Below are positions 17,122 through 26,639 of a DNA stretch of 64,000 bases, piece after piece. A program made the translations under genes and the position numbers. Position 1 is the stretch's first letter, and each line of letters starts with the position of its first letter. The stretch is from Candidatus Latescibacterota bacterium (lineage in GTDB: Bacteria; Latescibacterota; UBA2968; GCA-2709665): contig OZ220733.1 in NCBI GenBank assembly GCA_965116875.1, forward strand, positions 3,648,001 to 3,712,000, read 5' to 3'. The notes under the pieces were generated by a model. The model was given only the letters and a program-made list of their open reading frames with translations, was not told the DNA's origin and made no database searches.

Positions 17122-18138
17122 CTATGGTCCTGTGATTGCTGGAGGGTTGACGACATTTCTGAGCGGCTGACCGAGCAGGGCCTTTCTGCAGGTTTCGGCG
17201 GTACTGGTGCGCAGGTCCGTCAGACTCTGCTCCGAGTAGAATGCGGAATGCGGCGTCAATAGCACGCGATGGTGTGCGGCGTGTGCGGGATCCCGCCAGG
17301 CGACGACGAGTGGATCGTCTTCCTTGAGCTGTTCCCATTCGAAAACGTCGATCCCCGCCCCGGCCAGACGGCCGGAAGCGACGGCGTCAGGGATCGCCGA
17401 CGTGTCGACGATCGCGCCGCGGGCGGTATTCACCAGGTACGAACCTTCAGGCATGAGCGCGATGGCCTCGGCGTTTATCAGGTGGCGGGTCTCGTCCGTA
17501 AGCGGGCAGTGGATGCTGAGCGTGAAGGCCTGACCGAGTGTTTCCTCCAGGGTTTCCACGCGGCGTATGCCAAGGGCTTTGGCGTATCCATCCGGCTTGT
17601 ACGGATCGTAAAAACATACGTCCATGCCCAGCGCCCTTGCGCGCAGGGCGGCGGCCGTGCCGATGCGCCCAAGGCCGACAATGGCAAACACGCTTCCGCG
17701 AACGCGTTGCAGGGGCGCCGCCTGGGAGGGCGACCAGGGTCCCTGCGACGCCCGCAGGCGCGAGTTGAGGAACGCGACGCCCCGGATCATCGAGACTGCC
17801 ATGCCCACGGCGGCATCGGCCACGTCTTCGGTACCGTAATCCGGCACGTTGCAGACCGGAATGCCCAGTTCGCGGGCGCGGACCACGTCTACGTTGTCGA
17901 ATCCCACGCCGCCGCGTGCGATGACTCTGCAATTCCGGAGACGATTCAGGGTCAGCCCGGAGAGGACGATATAGTGGTAGGGAATGATGGCGTCGGCGCC
18001 TTCAATCCTGCCCGCGAGTTCGTCTTCCCGCGTCGCGTTCAGGACCCGGACGTCGGCAACGTCGCGCAGGATTTCCGTCTCAAGATCGGGATTCGAGATG
18101 AAATCCGTGATGACGACGTCTGATCTGGGTCCGGACAT
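17122..18138 (-). CDS. D-isomer-specific 2-hydroxyacid dehydrogenase (CtBP-like)
   Basis: GVGFDNVD, NVPDYGTEDVAD, GLGRIG, HCPLT, VNTARG, TPHSAFYS. Confidence 0.92.
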   Translation of the reverse strand: MSGPRSDVVITDFISNPDLETEILRDVADVRVLNATREDELAGRIEGADAIIPYHYIVLSGLTLNRLRNCRVIARGGVGFDNVDVVRARELGIPVCNVPDYGTEDVADAAVGMAVSMIRGVAFLNSRLRASQGPWSPSQAAPLQRVRGSVFAIVGLGRIGTAAALRARALGMDVCFYDPYKPDGYAKALGIRRVETLEETLGQAFTLSIHCPLTDETRHLINAEAIALMPEGSYLVNTARGAIVDTSAIPDAVASGRLAGAGIDVFEWEQLKEDDPLVVAWRDPAHAAHHRVLLTPHSAFYSEQSLTDLRTSTAETCRKALLGQPLRNVVNPPAITGP

Positions 18139-18317
18139 GTTGGATATGGCGGCGTGTGGGAATGAGGGGACGGAAGGTGTTCGCGACCGTTCGGGACATC
18201 AACCTATGTTCGTATTCCGGGCAAGTCAAGCCCATTCCGGTCACCCTCAAGGGTCCCCAAAAACGGGGAGTCGATGCAGTCCGGGCCGCAGTGACCTGTC
18301 GACCCGTCTCAGCCGTC

Positions 18318-18348
18318 GCAGCCCGGATGGGCTTTTTTCAACGGGCTG
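18318..18348. repeat. Solo MITE right end
   Basis: GCAGCCCGGATGGGCTTTTTTCAACGGGCTG closely matches 23015-23044. Confidence 0.7.
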
Positions 18349-19591
18349 CCGGATCGCTCCATCGCTCGCGGGCGTATCGGATGACGTCAGGACCGGGTTT
18401 CACGTAACCGCGCGTGCTGGGAGGCGGCTGGTCGGGGCCGGCGTCCTCCGGGTAGGGCGACCAGCGGTCCTCCACGTAGGGCATGCACGCTGTTTTCCGC
18501 CGGAAGTCGGGAACCGGAAACGGGGCGCCGTTTTCGAGGCAGGAACGCCAGGCCTGCACGCCGACGGCGGCCATGGCAACGCCCCGGTACACGTTCAGAT
18601 AGGGTTGGCGGCCTGAACGGATGGCGCGCGCGAAGTGGAAATTGGTCCAGAAATCTCCGCCTCCGTGGCCGGCCTTCCGGGCGAGATCGCCGTGTTCGGG
18701 CCAGTCGGCGGTGTACGTCCGGTCCAGTGGCTGACCCCTGTCGCGCAGCCAGTCTTCGTGATGTATGCGGACGCAGCTCCAGTGGTTGGGTTCGGCGGTG
18801 GCAATGAGACCCCGTTCACCGTGGATCTCGTAGCGTACCCGGTGGATGGAACTGAGCTGCAGGCCCAGAATCCGAAAGACGGCGCCTTTGTCCATGCGGA
18901 CCAGGATCAAACCGCCCTGATCCCCCACGCGTACCCGGTGGGGAGACTGGGTGGGTTCTTCAACGATCGACAGCGCGTTGACGGATACGGGCATGGTCCC
19001 CGTGATGCACATCAGCGGCGCGAGTGCGTGGCTGCAGTAGTATGTGGGCGGAATCCAGTTGCGCCAGTGATTCAGCCCCGGAGAGATACCCAGGCGCCAG
19101 TTTTCCTCGGCGGCGTGGTTGTATTCTCCTTCGGCGTAGGTGACGTTTCCGATCTCGCCGCTGCGGTACAGGCGGCGCAACTCCTGGTTGGCCGCGGAAA
19201 AAGGGTAGTTTTCGGCGAACATGTAGATCCGACCGCTGGCTTCCACCGCCCGGCAGAGGGCAACGCCTTCGGCAAGCGTCTTGCACGCGGCCGTTTCGCT
19301 CATCACGTGCTTGTCCGCCTGAAGCGCCTTGATGGCGAACGGCGCGTGCTCATGGCTGTAGTTCGCCAGGATGACCGCGTCCATTTCATGCTCGAGGAAA
19401 CGGTCGTAGTCCGTGTACGTGGCCACGCCGTACTCCCTGCCCACCTGTTCGAGCTTCTCCTTCCAGGTATCGCAGAGCGCCACGAGTTTCATACCCACCG
19501 TGTCGGTAGCGCCCCGGGCGAAGCTCTGCCCCCGGCCCACACCGATGATACCGACCCGGATGGGGCCTTTACCGGACTGGTGCTGCGGCAT
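18338..19591 (-). CDS. Gfo/Idh/MocA family oxidoreductase
   Basis: GIIGVGRG, KHVMSE, AENY, GEYNH, YYCSHALAP, GHGGGD. Confidence 0.88.
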   Translation of the reverse strand: MPQHQSGKGPIRVGIIGVGRGQSFARGATDTVGMKLVALCDTWKEKLEQVGREYGVATYTDYDRFLEHEMDAVILANYSHEHAPFAIKALQADKHVMSETAACKTLAEGVALCRAVEASGRIYMFAENYPFSAANQELRRLYRSGEIGNVTYAEGEYNHAAEENWRLGISPGLNHWRNWIPPTYYCSHALAPLMCITGTMPVSVNALSIVEEPTQSPHRVRVGDQGGLILVRMDKGAVFRILGLQLSSIHRVRYEIHGERGLIATAEPNHWSCVRIHHEDWLRDRGQPLDRTYTADWPEHGDLARKAGHGGGDFWTNFHFARAIRSGRQPYLNVYRGVAMAAVGVQAWRSCLENGAPFPVPDFRRKTACMPYVEDRWSPYPEDAGPDQPPPSTRGYVKPGPDVIRYARERWSDPAAR

Positions 19592-19720
19592 CTATGGAGC
19601 TCCTCGCGTTCAAAGTGGCGGAATGGATCGGTTCTCCAATGCGCCTCGTGTGGCAATTGATTTCACCCACGGGTGTTTCGTAGTCGTGCGTTTTTCGTCT
19701 TCTCGTCCCTTCCTCCGCGT

Positions 19721-20578
19721 TCATGCCTCCAGCAACCGCCGGATATATGTACCCTGTTCGCCGACCTTGGCGTCGTCGTCACCCGGACCGAAGTCTTCCA
19801 GCGAAAGGTACCCGGAATAGCCGACGGCTTTGAAGTCACGAACGATCTGGCCGACGTTGGCGATCCCTTCCCGGACGTCGGCGAAGTCCCATTCCCAGAT
19901 CCGGGCGCCGGTCTCGTCACGGCCGGTAACGACAGGGCTGCCGTTGCCGATGTGGCAGTGGGCGAGATAGGGACCGAGCATCTCCATACCCATCCTGGTG
20001 TCTTCGAGGCCCACGCGCAGCATGTTCGGAATATCGTAGATGGCGCCGATCCGGTCCGGGTCCAGGTCGCGCAGCAGTTCGATGGCGCGTGAACAGGTGA
20101 CGGCGACGGTGCCCACGTGAATCTCGTAGAGGATTTTGACGTTATAGGTACGGGCGGTCTCGGCGAGGTTCGCAAAACCTGCCCGCGCATCGAGAAACTG
20201 GGGCCAGTAGGGCTGCGTCCTGTCGTGCCTCGGCGCGCCGATGCGGATCATGGGTGGATTGTCCGGATTCAGCGCGGCGGCGCCCCGGAACAGCTTCTCC
20301 ACGACTTCGGTATCTTCCAACGTCACGTTCGGGGCCAGTGCGATCACCTTTATGCCGGACCGTCTCTCTGCCGCCCGGATCGCTTCGGCCTTCTGAACGA
20401 TGTTATCGGGGCTGACGTCGGACAGGTGACGGCCCCAGAACGAGGGCGCTTCGGAATCGTCTTCCGGGTTGTAACGACAGCGCAATTCGATGCCGTCGTA
20501 CCCATGTTCGGCCAGCTTGTCGAAGGTGCGGTCCAGGTCCCAGCGAGGAAGCATGACCGACGTGCAGGAGAGTTTCAT
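19721..20578 (-). CDS. Sugar phosphate isomerase/epimerase (TIM barrel)
   Basis: GYDGIELR, YEIH, YDIPN, HCH, GYSGYLSLE. Confidence 0.85.
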   Translation of the reverse strand: MKLSCTSVMLPRWDLDRTFDKLAEHGYDGIELRCRYNPEDDSEAPSFWGRHLSDVSPDNIVQKAEAIRAAERRSGIKVIALAPNVTLEDTEVVEKLFRGAAALNPDNPPMIRIGAPRHDRTQPYWPQFLDARAGFANLAETARTYNVKILYEIHVGTVAVTCSRAIELLRDLDPDRIGAIYDIPNMLRVGLEDTRMGMEMLGPYLAHCHIGNGSPVVTGRDETGARIWEWDFADVREGIANVGQIVRDFKAVGYSGYLSLEDFGPGDDDAKVGEQGTYIRRLLEA

Positions 20579-20590
20579 AGGGCCTCCGGC

Positions 20591-21655
20591 CTACGGTATG
20601 AATCGGGTTTTCGGCGTGATTGCCAGGATGAATTCGGTGAGCAGGGCAACGGTCCGGTCCAGGTCCTTCAGCGAGAGAACCTCCACGGGCGTGTGCATGT
20701 AACGCAACGCCACGCTGACGAGGCCCGTGGCCACCCCGGCGCGCGTGAGCTGGATGGCATTCGCGTCCGTTCCCGTCCCCCCCGCCGCGGCCTCGATCTG
20801 AACCGGCACATCGGCCTTTCGCGCCGCGGCCACGAGGCGTTTGAAGACGACGGGATTGATGTTCGCTCCACGGGCGATGACGGGGCCCGCCCCCACCTTC
20901 AGATCGCCGTCCCGGCGTTTGTCGACGTCCGGATGATCGGTGGCGCACGCGACGTCCAGGCCGATGCCGACGTGCGGGTTGATTCCGTACGCACTGGTTC
21001 TGGCGCCTCGAAGTCCGATCTCTTCCTGGACGGTGGCAACCGCGAACAGGGCGGCTCCGGACGTTTTCTCGGACCGGGCAACGCAGCGCAGGGTCTCCGC
21101 CGCGACGTACGCGCCCATTTTGTTGTCGAACGCGCGGGAGACGGCCAGGTCTCCCCGGATCACTTCGAAATTGGGATCGTACGTGACGGGATCGCCGATG
21201 TCGACGACTTTACCGGCCTCCTCCTTGTCCGCTGCGCCGACGTCGATCCAGAGATCGTGAATCTTCGGTGTCTTTTTCCGGTCTTCATCGGTCATCAGAT
21301 GGACCGGTTTCTTGCCGAATACGCCGGGAATGGGGCCGGATGACGTGTGGATGCGGACTTTCCTGCCCGGGATGATATTCGTGTCGAAGCCGCCGATCGC
21401 GTTGACGTAGATGAATCCGTTGTCGTCGATATGGTTGACCTGGAATCCCAGTTCATCCATATGCCCGGCCAGCATGATTCGCGGGCTGCCTTTGGGATTG
21501 TGGACGGCAATCGCGTTGCCGTGCGCGTCAACGGAGACTTTGTCCGCGTATTTCTTCGCTTCCGCCGTCCAGACGTCGCGGACGGGGCCTTCGTACCCGG
21601 ATGGACCGGGCGCATTGAGCATGGATTCGAGAAAAGCACGGGAAGATTTACGCAT
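20591..21655 (-). CDS. M42 family metallo-aminopeptidase
   Basis: GPSGYE, GHMDELG, FDNK, VQEEIGLRGA, GTGTDA, RYMHTP. Confidence 0.94.
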   Translation of the reverse strand: MRKSSRAFLESMLNAPGPSGYEGPVRDVWTAEAKKYADKVSVDAHGNAIAVHNPKGSPRIMLAGHMDELGFQVNHIDDNGFIYVNAIGGFDTNIIPGRKVRIHTSSGPIPGVFGKKPVHLMTDEDRKKTPKIHDLWIDVGAADKEEAGKVVDIGDPVTYDPNFEVIRGDLAVSRAFDNKMGAYVAAETLRCVARSEKTSGAALFAVATVQEEIGLRGARTSAYGINPHVGIGLDVACATDHPDVDKRRDGDLKVGAGPVIARGANINPVVFKRLVAAARKADVPVQIEAAAGGTGTDANAIQLTRAGVATGLVSVALRYMHTPVEVLSLKDLDRTVALLTEFILAITPKTRFIP

Positions 21656-22694
21656 CGCTTTCCTTTCTGTTTACTGCGCGTCTCCGGCATTGTTCGATGA
21701 CGCGGATCAATTCGCGTGATTCGTGGATCCCGATATGGGGCTCCGCGTTTCCCGTCAATGTATCATGGATGTTCGCGTAAAAGTCGAGCTGGGCTTCCGG
21801 GCGGATCGGCACGGTCTCTTCCCGCCACGGGAGCCGGTCCTTGTTGTCATAGCTGCGCCCGGGCGCCGCGCCGTCGAAAACCTCCAGTTCCGGCGCCTGT
21901 TCGGGGTTGTAATACCGGATATGAAACGCGTCTTCCGACTGGGCGAGGGTTCCGTGACGACCGCACACGTGCCAGGGCGGAAGCGGGAGGGCGGCGGCCT
22001 GATTGATCTCCAGATCGAGAAGCTGGTTCCGCAGGGTCTTGAGCCAGACCTTCACCACGTCGTCCGCGTCTCCGCGCGTCGCGACGGCCCAGAGGCTGCA
22101 TTGCGTATCGACAACGGGCGTGCCATCCGAGAGATACAGCAACTGGTCGATGTAGTGGGCGCCGTAGTTGTTGAGCATACCGCCGCCGTGTTTGCGCAGG
22201 CTCTGCCAGTCACTGCGTCGCACGTAGCGCGTCAACGACCTTCGGATGAGGTATACCGGACCGAGGATTTCGCTGTCCAGGATGCCTTTGAGCGTCTGGG
22301 TCTCGGCAGCGAGGCGATGCGGCTGGTAGACAAGTACGCGGCGGCCGTGCCGCTCCGCCTCGTCAATGATACGGTCGGCCGATTTGAGGGTGGTGGTCAT
22401 CGGCTTTTCGAGGATGACGTGACAGCCTTCGCGGAGCGCTCGACGGGCGTGCCGTTCGTGGAGTCTTGTAGGGGTTGCGACGACCAGTATGTCAGGGCGT
22501 TCTTTCTTCCAGAACGCTCCGGGAGTCCGGTATGTCCGGCAGCCGGACAGAGCCGCCGCCTCCTGGAGACGCTCGGGGAGCGGGTCGATTACGGCGGCGA
22601 GCTGGAAATTCGGCGCATCCTTGAGTTTATTGAAGTGTATGGACCATCCGGCCCGGCCCAGTCCGGCTATCGCCACCCTCAACTCTGTCGACAT
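21648..22694 (-). CDS. Gfo/Idh/MocA family oxidoreductase
   Basis: GLGRAG, ATPTRLH, LEKP, GGGMLNNYGAHYIDQ. Confidence 0.9.
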   Translation of the reverse strand: MSTELRVAIAGLGRAGWSIHFNKLKDAPNFQLAAVIDPLPERLQEAAALSGCRTYRTPGAFWKKERPDILVVATPTRLHERHARRALREGCHVILEKPMTTTLKSADRIIDEAERHGRRVLVYQPHRLAAETQTLKGILDSEILGPVYLIRRSLTRYVRRSDWQSLRKHGGGMLNNYGAHYIDQLLYLSDGTPVVDTQCSLWAVATRGDADDVVKVWLKTLRNQLLDLEINQAAALPLPPWHVCGRHGTLAQSEDAFHIRYYNPEQAPELEVFDGAAPGRSYDNKDRLPWREETVPIRPEAQLDFYANIHDTLTGNAEPHIGIHESRELIRVIEQCRRRAVNRKESDA

Positions 22695-22720
22695 CTCTGG
22701 TATCCCGAGGCATTTGCTAA

Positions 22721-23044
22721 CAGTCCGTTGAGAAAGTCGCTCTGCAGGCGAGGCCTGGTGTTCCGGCCCGGAAATATGTCACCATTCATCCGCCGATTCA
22801 TCCCGTCTGGCGGCGTTGCCTTCGCTCGGTGACCGTAAGCAGGTCGCCTTGCTCAGGCGCCTTGCCAGCCGGGCGACTCGGCGGCCAAATTTCGGCAATC
22901 TATTTCCGGGGCGGAACACTTGCCATTGTGGTCGAAGACAAGGCGCGCGACCGAGTCCCATCCTGCGATTCGGCGAGGGAGCGCAACGCAGTATTTCGAC
23001 CGCAAGGGCCGGCCGTAGCCCGGATGGACTTTTTCAACGGGCTG
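22721..23044. mobile_element. MITE, 324 bp, 18-bp TIRs, CTAA target-site duplication
   Basis: Left CAGTCCGTTGAGAAAGTC and right GACTTTTTCAACGGGCTG match at 16/18; CTAA lies on both sides; no transposase inside. Confidence 0.85.
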
Positions 23045-23058
23045 CTAACGTGAGAAAG

Positions 23059-23087
23059 TTGACGGCGTTGCTTTCTCTGTCTATATT
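23059..23087 (+). promoter_or_regulatory. Sigma70 promoter for membrane protein-polX
   Basis: TTGACG-N17-TATATT. Confidence 0.6.
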
Positions 23088-23103
23088 CCTGCGAACGGCG
23101 TAG

Positions 23104-23132
23104 AAGATAAATCCTGCGACCCAATTGTCCAA
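23104..23132 (-). promoter_or_regulatory. Possible sigma70 promoter for the leftward catabolic run
   Basis: TTGGAC-N17-TATCTT on the minus strand. Confidence 0.4.
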
Positions 23133-23265
23133 AGGAATCATGAGGGGTTTTCGCTGGATCCGGGCGTCGTGCGTGCTGGTCATCTTTCTTTGAATTGTCA
23201 GGAGGTCCGCGGTGGGAACCGGGTCGGAACGTCCGGGTGCTTCCGAGGGGGTCAGATCGACAACG

Positions 23266-23787
23266 ATGCAGGCGGCGATTCTGGGCATGCTCGTTGTAAA
23301 TGTCCCGCTGTTGCTGGTCAGCTTCGGGATGGGTTACGCGTCGCGTTTCGACCTGATGTCGGTGTCGGTGAGCGCCCACCTGAAGGTGGGGCTTCTCGCC
23401 GCGTTTCTCACGGTCCTGACGCAGACGACGACGATGTTTTACTTTATGGGAACGGGTTCCGCGATCAAGGCCGAGGTGCGGGAGCGAGGTCTGAGTCCGG
23501 AGTTTCTGGCGCGCGCCCGCTCGTTCAAGGGGGGTTTCTTCTACCTTCTGACCCTTGGTATTCTGCTGATTATGGCCGCAGCAATGATCGGTGGCGGCGC
23601 CCACGCCGACCTGCTGTGGAGCGGCGGCGAAGGGGGCCGTACATTTTACCAGATCCTGCACGAGGTCCTGGCGATCCTGAGTCTTCTGGTGAATATGATC
23701 GCGTTTGCCCTCACACCCATCTATATCCGGAAGAACAACCGGTTGCTGGACGACGTAGGCAGTACACGGGCCGCGGCACAGGAGTAG
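23266..23787 (+). CDS. Hypothetical membrane protein (about 4 TM)
   Basis: Four hydrophobic segments, His residues near helix ends, motif YFMGTG; GAGGGGG upstream. Confidence 0.7.
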   Translation: MQAAILGMLVVNVPLLLVSFGMGYASRFDLMSVSVSAHLKVGLLAAFLTVLTQTTTMFYFMGTGSAIKAEVRERGLSPEFLARARSFKGGFFYLLTLGILLIMAAAMIGGGAHADLLWSGGEGGRTFYQILHEVLAILSLLVNMIAFALTPIYIRKNNRLLDDVGSTRAAAQE

Positions 23788-23840
23788 ACGGCCGCGGCCG
23801 GGGAACGCACCGCCGCCTGCAAGCGGATCACGGAGGGACT

Positions 23841-25562
23841 ATGGACAACCGGGAGGTCGCGGATATCCTGGAGGAGATGGCGACGTTGATGGAATTGAAC
23901 GGCGACAGCGGTTTTCGCATTCGCGCGTACGCCAACGCCGCCCGGGCAATCGATTCCCTCCGGGATCCGGTCGCCGCGCTGGCAGCCGGGGGAAAGCTGG
24001 ATTCGGTCCGGGGTATCGGGAAGGGGCTCGCCGGGCGGATCGGCGAACTCGTGGAAACCGGACATCTGCCCGGCCTGGAGGAATTGAAAGCGTCCGTCCC
24101 GGAAGGATTAATGGAAATGACTGAAATACCGGGTCTCGGGGCCAAAAGAGTGCGCGCGATCTACGAAGAACTGGGCATCGTGGACATCGATGCGCTCTCC
24201 AGAGCCTGCGACTCAGGCGATCTTGAGGCGATGAGCGGATTCGGCCGCAAGACCGCCGAACGGATCGCCCACGGCATTCAATACATGCAGAAGCACCGGG
24301 GCCGGTTTCTGTGCGATTACGCAGGCCAGGACGCGGGGGCCGTTCGGGCGTTCCTCGAAGACCGGGCGAACGTGGACCGCGTGGCCGTGGCCGGATCGAT
24401 ACGACGCCGCATGGAAGCGCACAGCGACCTCGATCTCGTGGCAAGTACAGAGGACCCCGATGCGCTGGCCGTGGCATTTACAGGCTATGGAGAAGTGGCC
24501 GAAGTTGTCGAAACCGGGGAATCGCGGGTGAGCGTGATACTGAAGTCGGGCATGCGCGCGAATCTGTGGATGGTGGAGGAGCCGGCGTTCCCGACGGCAC
24601 TGCATTGCGCTACGGGAAACGAGGCGCACGTTGCGCAGATGTACGACAGAGCGTCCGAATTGGGACTGAAGCTGGACGAGCGCGGTCTCTTCGATGGCGA
24701 ACGTCGAATCCCATGTGGAGACGAGTCCGCGTTATACAAAGCGCTGGGACTGTCTGAAATCCCGCCGGAACTGCGCGAGGGTGCCGGCGAAGTCCGGTTG
24801 GCCGGGACCGGGGGGCTCCCGAAGCTGGTGTCGCGCGCGGACCTGCGAGGTACGCTTCACGTGCATACCCGGCACAGCGACGGCCGGGCGGAGCTGAGGG
24901 AGATGGCGAAGGCGGCGGCCGGTCTGGGATATGAATACATAGGGATATGCGACCACAGCAAGGCTGCGGCCTATGCGAACGGCCTGACCGAGGACAGGGT
25001 CCGCGCCCAGTGGGAGGAGATCGACAGCGTACACGATGAACTCGACGACATCCGGGTGTTGAAGGGCATCGAAGTGGATATTCTGGGCGATGGACGGCTG
25101 GACTTCGAGGACGAATTCCTGTCGGAGTTCGAAGTCGTCGTGGCGTCGGTGCATTCCAGGTTCGGCATGACCGAGGTCGAGGCGACTGAGCGGATCGTGC
25201 GCGCGGTTCAGAATCCTCACGTACACATCCTGGGACATCCCACGGGGCGATTGTTGCTTTCGCGAGAGGGTTATCCGCTGGACCACCGTGCGGTAATCGA
25301 CGCCGCGGCCGAGGCCAATACCGCCATCGAGCTGAATGCCAATCCACGCCGGCTGGACATGGACTGGCGGCATATCGGATACGCACGGGAAAAGGGCGTG
25401 AAGATTTCCATCAATACCGATGCACACAGCATCAAGGGACTGGAGCAGATGGATTATGGTCTGGGCGTCGGTCGGAAGGGCGGACTGACGGCCGAGGACG
25501 TCCTGAATGCGATGTCCCTCGATGAATTCCAGTCATGGTGCACGGAATCTGAAGATGCTTGA
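23841..25562 (+). CDS. polX: DNA polymerase X / PHP exonuclease fusion
   Basis: MDNREVA start with GGAGGG; FRIRAY, GLGAKR, AGSIRR, DLD; PHP motifs HVH, DHS, GIEVDI, HPTGR, NTDAH. Confidence 0.93.
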   Translation: MDNREVADILEEMATLMELNGDSGFRIRAYANAARAIDSLRDPVAALAAGGKLDSVRGIGKGLAGRIGELVETGHLPGLEELKASVPEGLMEMTEIPGLGAKRVRAIYEELGIVDIDALSRACDSGDLEAMSGFGRKTAERIAHGIQYMQKHRGRFLCDYAGQDAGAVRAFLEDRANVDRVAVAGSIRRRMEAHSDLDLVASTEDPDALAVAFTGYGEVAEVVETGESRVSVILKSGMRANLWMVEEPAFPTALHCATGNEAHVAQMYDRASELGLKLDERGLFDGERRIPCGDESALYKALGLSEIPPELREGAGEVRLAGTGGLPKLVSRADLRGTLHVHTRHSDGRAELREMAKAAAGLGYEYIGICDHSKAAAYANGLTEDRVRAQWEEIDSVHDELDDIRVLKGIEVDILGDGRLDFEDEFLSEFEVVVASVHSRFGMTEVEATERIVRAVQNPHVHILGHPTGRLLLSREGYPLDHRAVIDAAAEANTAIELNANPRRLDMDWRHIGYAREKGVKISINTDAHSIKGLEQMDYGLGVGRKGGLTAEDVLNAMSLDEFQSWCTESEDA

Positions 25563-25697
25563 AACATGGATGGACAGGATGAACAGGATAGAGGCCACAG
25601 ACACTGAATGCGGTTCTGTGCCTTGCCTTGGTTGAGTGATTCTGAGATTTTTTCTGCATTTCGGTTTTCATCCTGCCCATCCTGTGTATCCATGTTT
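25562..25697. repeat. Inverted pair of ACAGGAT-type repeats
   Basis: AAACATGGATGGACAGGATGAACAGGAT and ATCCTGCCCATCCTGTGTATCCATGTTT; further copies at 44131-44161 and 56307-56336. Confidence 0.75.
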
Positions 25698-25754
25698 GAT
25701 GATGTTCGCAGCCATTCGGATATAGTCCTCAACTGCAACAGACCTGGAGATCGC

Positions 25755-26486
25755 GTGACACGCGAAGAGATTTACGAAACGGTTCAATCTCTGGCCGTTG
25801 AAAAGGACCTCTACGCCGCGAGCGAGTTCGTACTCGGACTCTGGGAAGAGACCGACGTGGCAAAGGTTTTTGAAGACCTCATGCTCGATTGTTATTGGAA
25901 GGCAAAGTCCACGGAGCATGTGATCCACTTCGCAAACGCGGGCATCCATTATTGTCTCACACACGCGTGTGAATACGATAAGGACGACGATTCCGCGAGA
26001 GAGCTTCGGTTCGCCGCCAAGAGGATGGCCACCAACGCCGCGTCGTTCACGTGGATCGGCTGGGAGGAACCGGGCGTGGCGATTTCGCCCGAGCAGATGC
26101 GCCAGGGTCTCGCCTGCGCACGGTACGCCGTCCGGCAACTCCATGAACTGGACCCGACGGACGCGCAACTCGCCTTTACGTACTGGTATCTCGGCGTGCA
26201 TCTCATGGCGGATGGGTCGTACGCGGAGGCGCTGTCGATATTTGAAGCGGCCAGAGACTACAGCGCGTCGGATGGCAGGAACCTGGATAACCGGACCATG
26301 CACGAAGGCTACATCGGGCTGACGAAGATCCTCTCGGGCGACACCAAAGCCGGCGAATCGGAGTTCGACGCATCCATCGCCGCGCTGAAATCCCGCGATA
26401 GCGAAGATGCCGCGTTCTTCGTGAAGCAACTCGTGGGCGGACGGGCGTTTTTCGAGAATCGCAAGGCGGCAGACGCGGAGCGATAA
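25755..26486 (+). CDS. Hypothetical alpha-helical (TPR-like) protein
   Basis: GTG start after GGAG; helical pattern such as YWYLGVHLMADGSYAEALSIF. Confidence 0.65.
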   Translation: MTREEIYETVQSLAVEKDLYAASEFVLGLWEETDVAKVFEDLMLDCYWKAKSTEHVIHFANAGIHYCLTHACEYDKDDDSARELRFAAKRMATNAASFTWIGWEEPGVAISPEQMRQGLACARYAVRQLHELDPTDAQLAFTYWYLGVHLMADGSYAEALSIFEAARDYSASDGRNLDNRTMHEGYIGLTKILSGDTKAGESEFDASIAALKSRDSEDAAFFVKQLVGGRAFFENRKAADAER

Positions 26487-26639
26487 CGGTCACCTCACCC
26501 ATCTGCTGCACCTTGAGGCATATCTCACACGAAGCCACGAAGGCACAAAGACACAGAGGGAAAGCCGAAAACCGTTAACTGTTGCATTTTGCGACACTTG
26601 TCTCATACCGTCGCGTAAGGTTGGTTATCACAAGGAGCA

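Noticed and set aside
23169-23840. Apparent 224-aa N-terminal extension of PolX
   Set aside because: It overlaps the membrane-protein gene in another frame; the real start at 23841 has an SD and a typical N-terminus.
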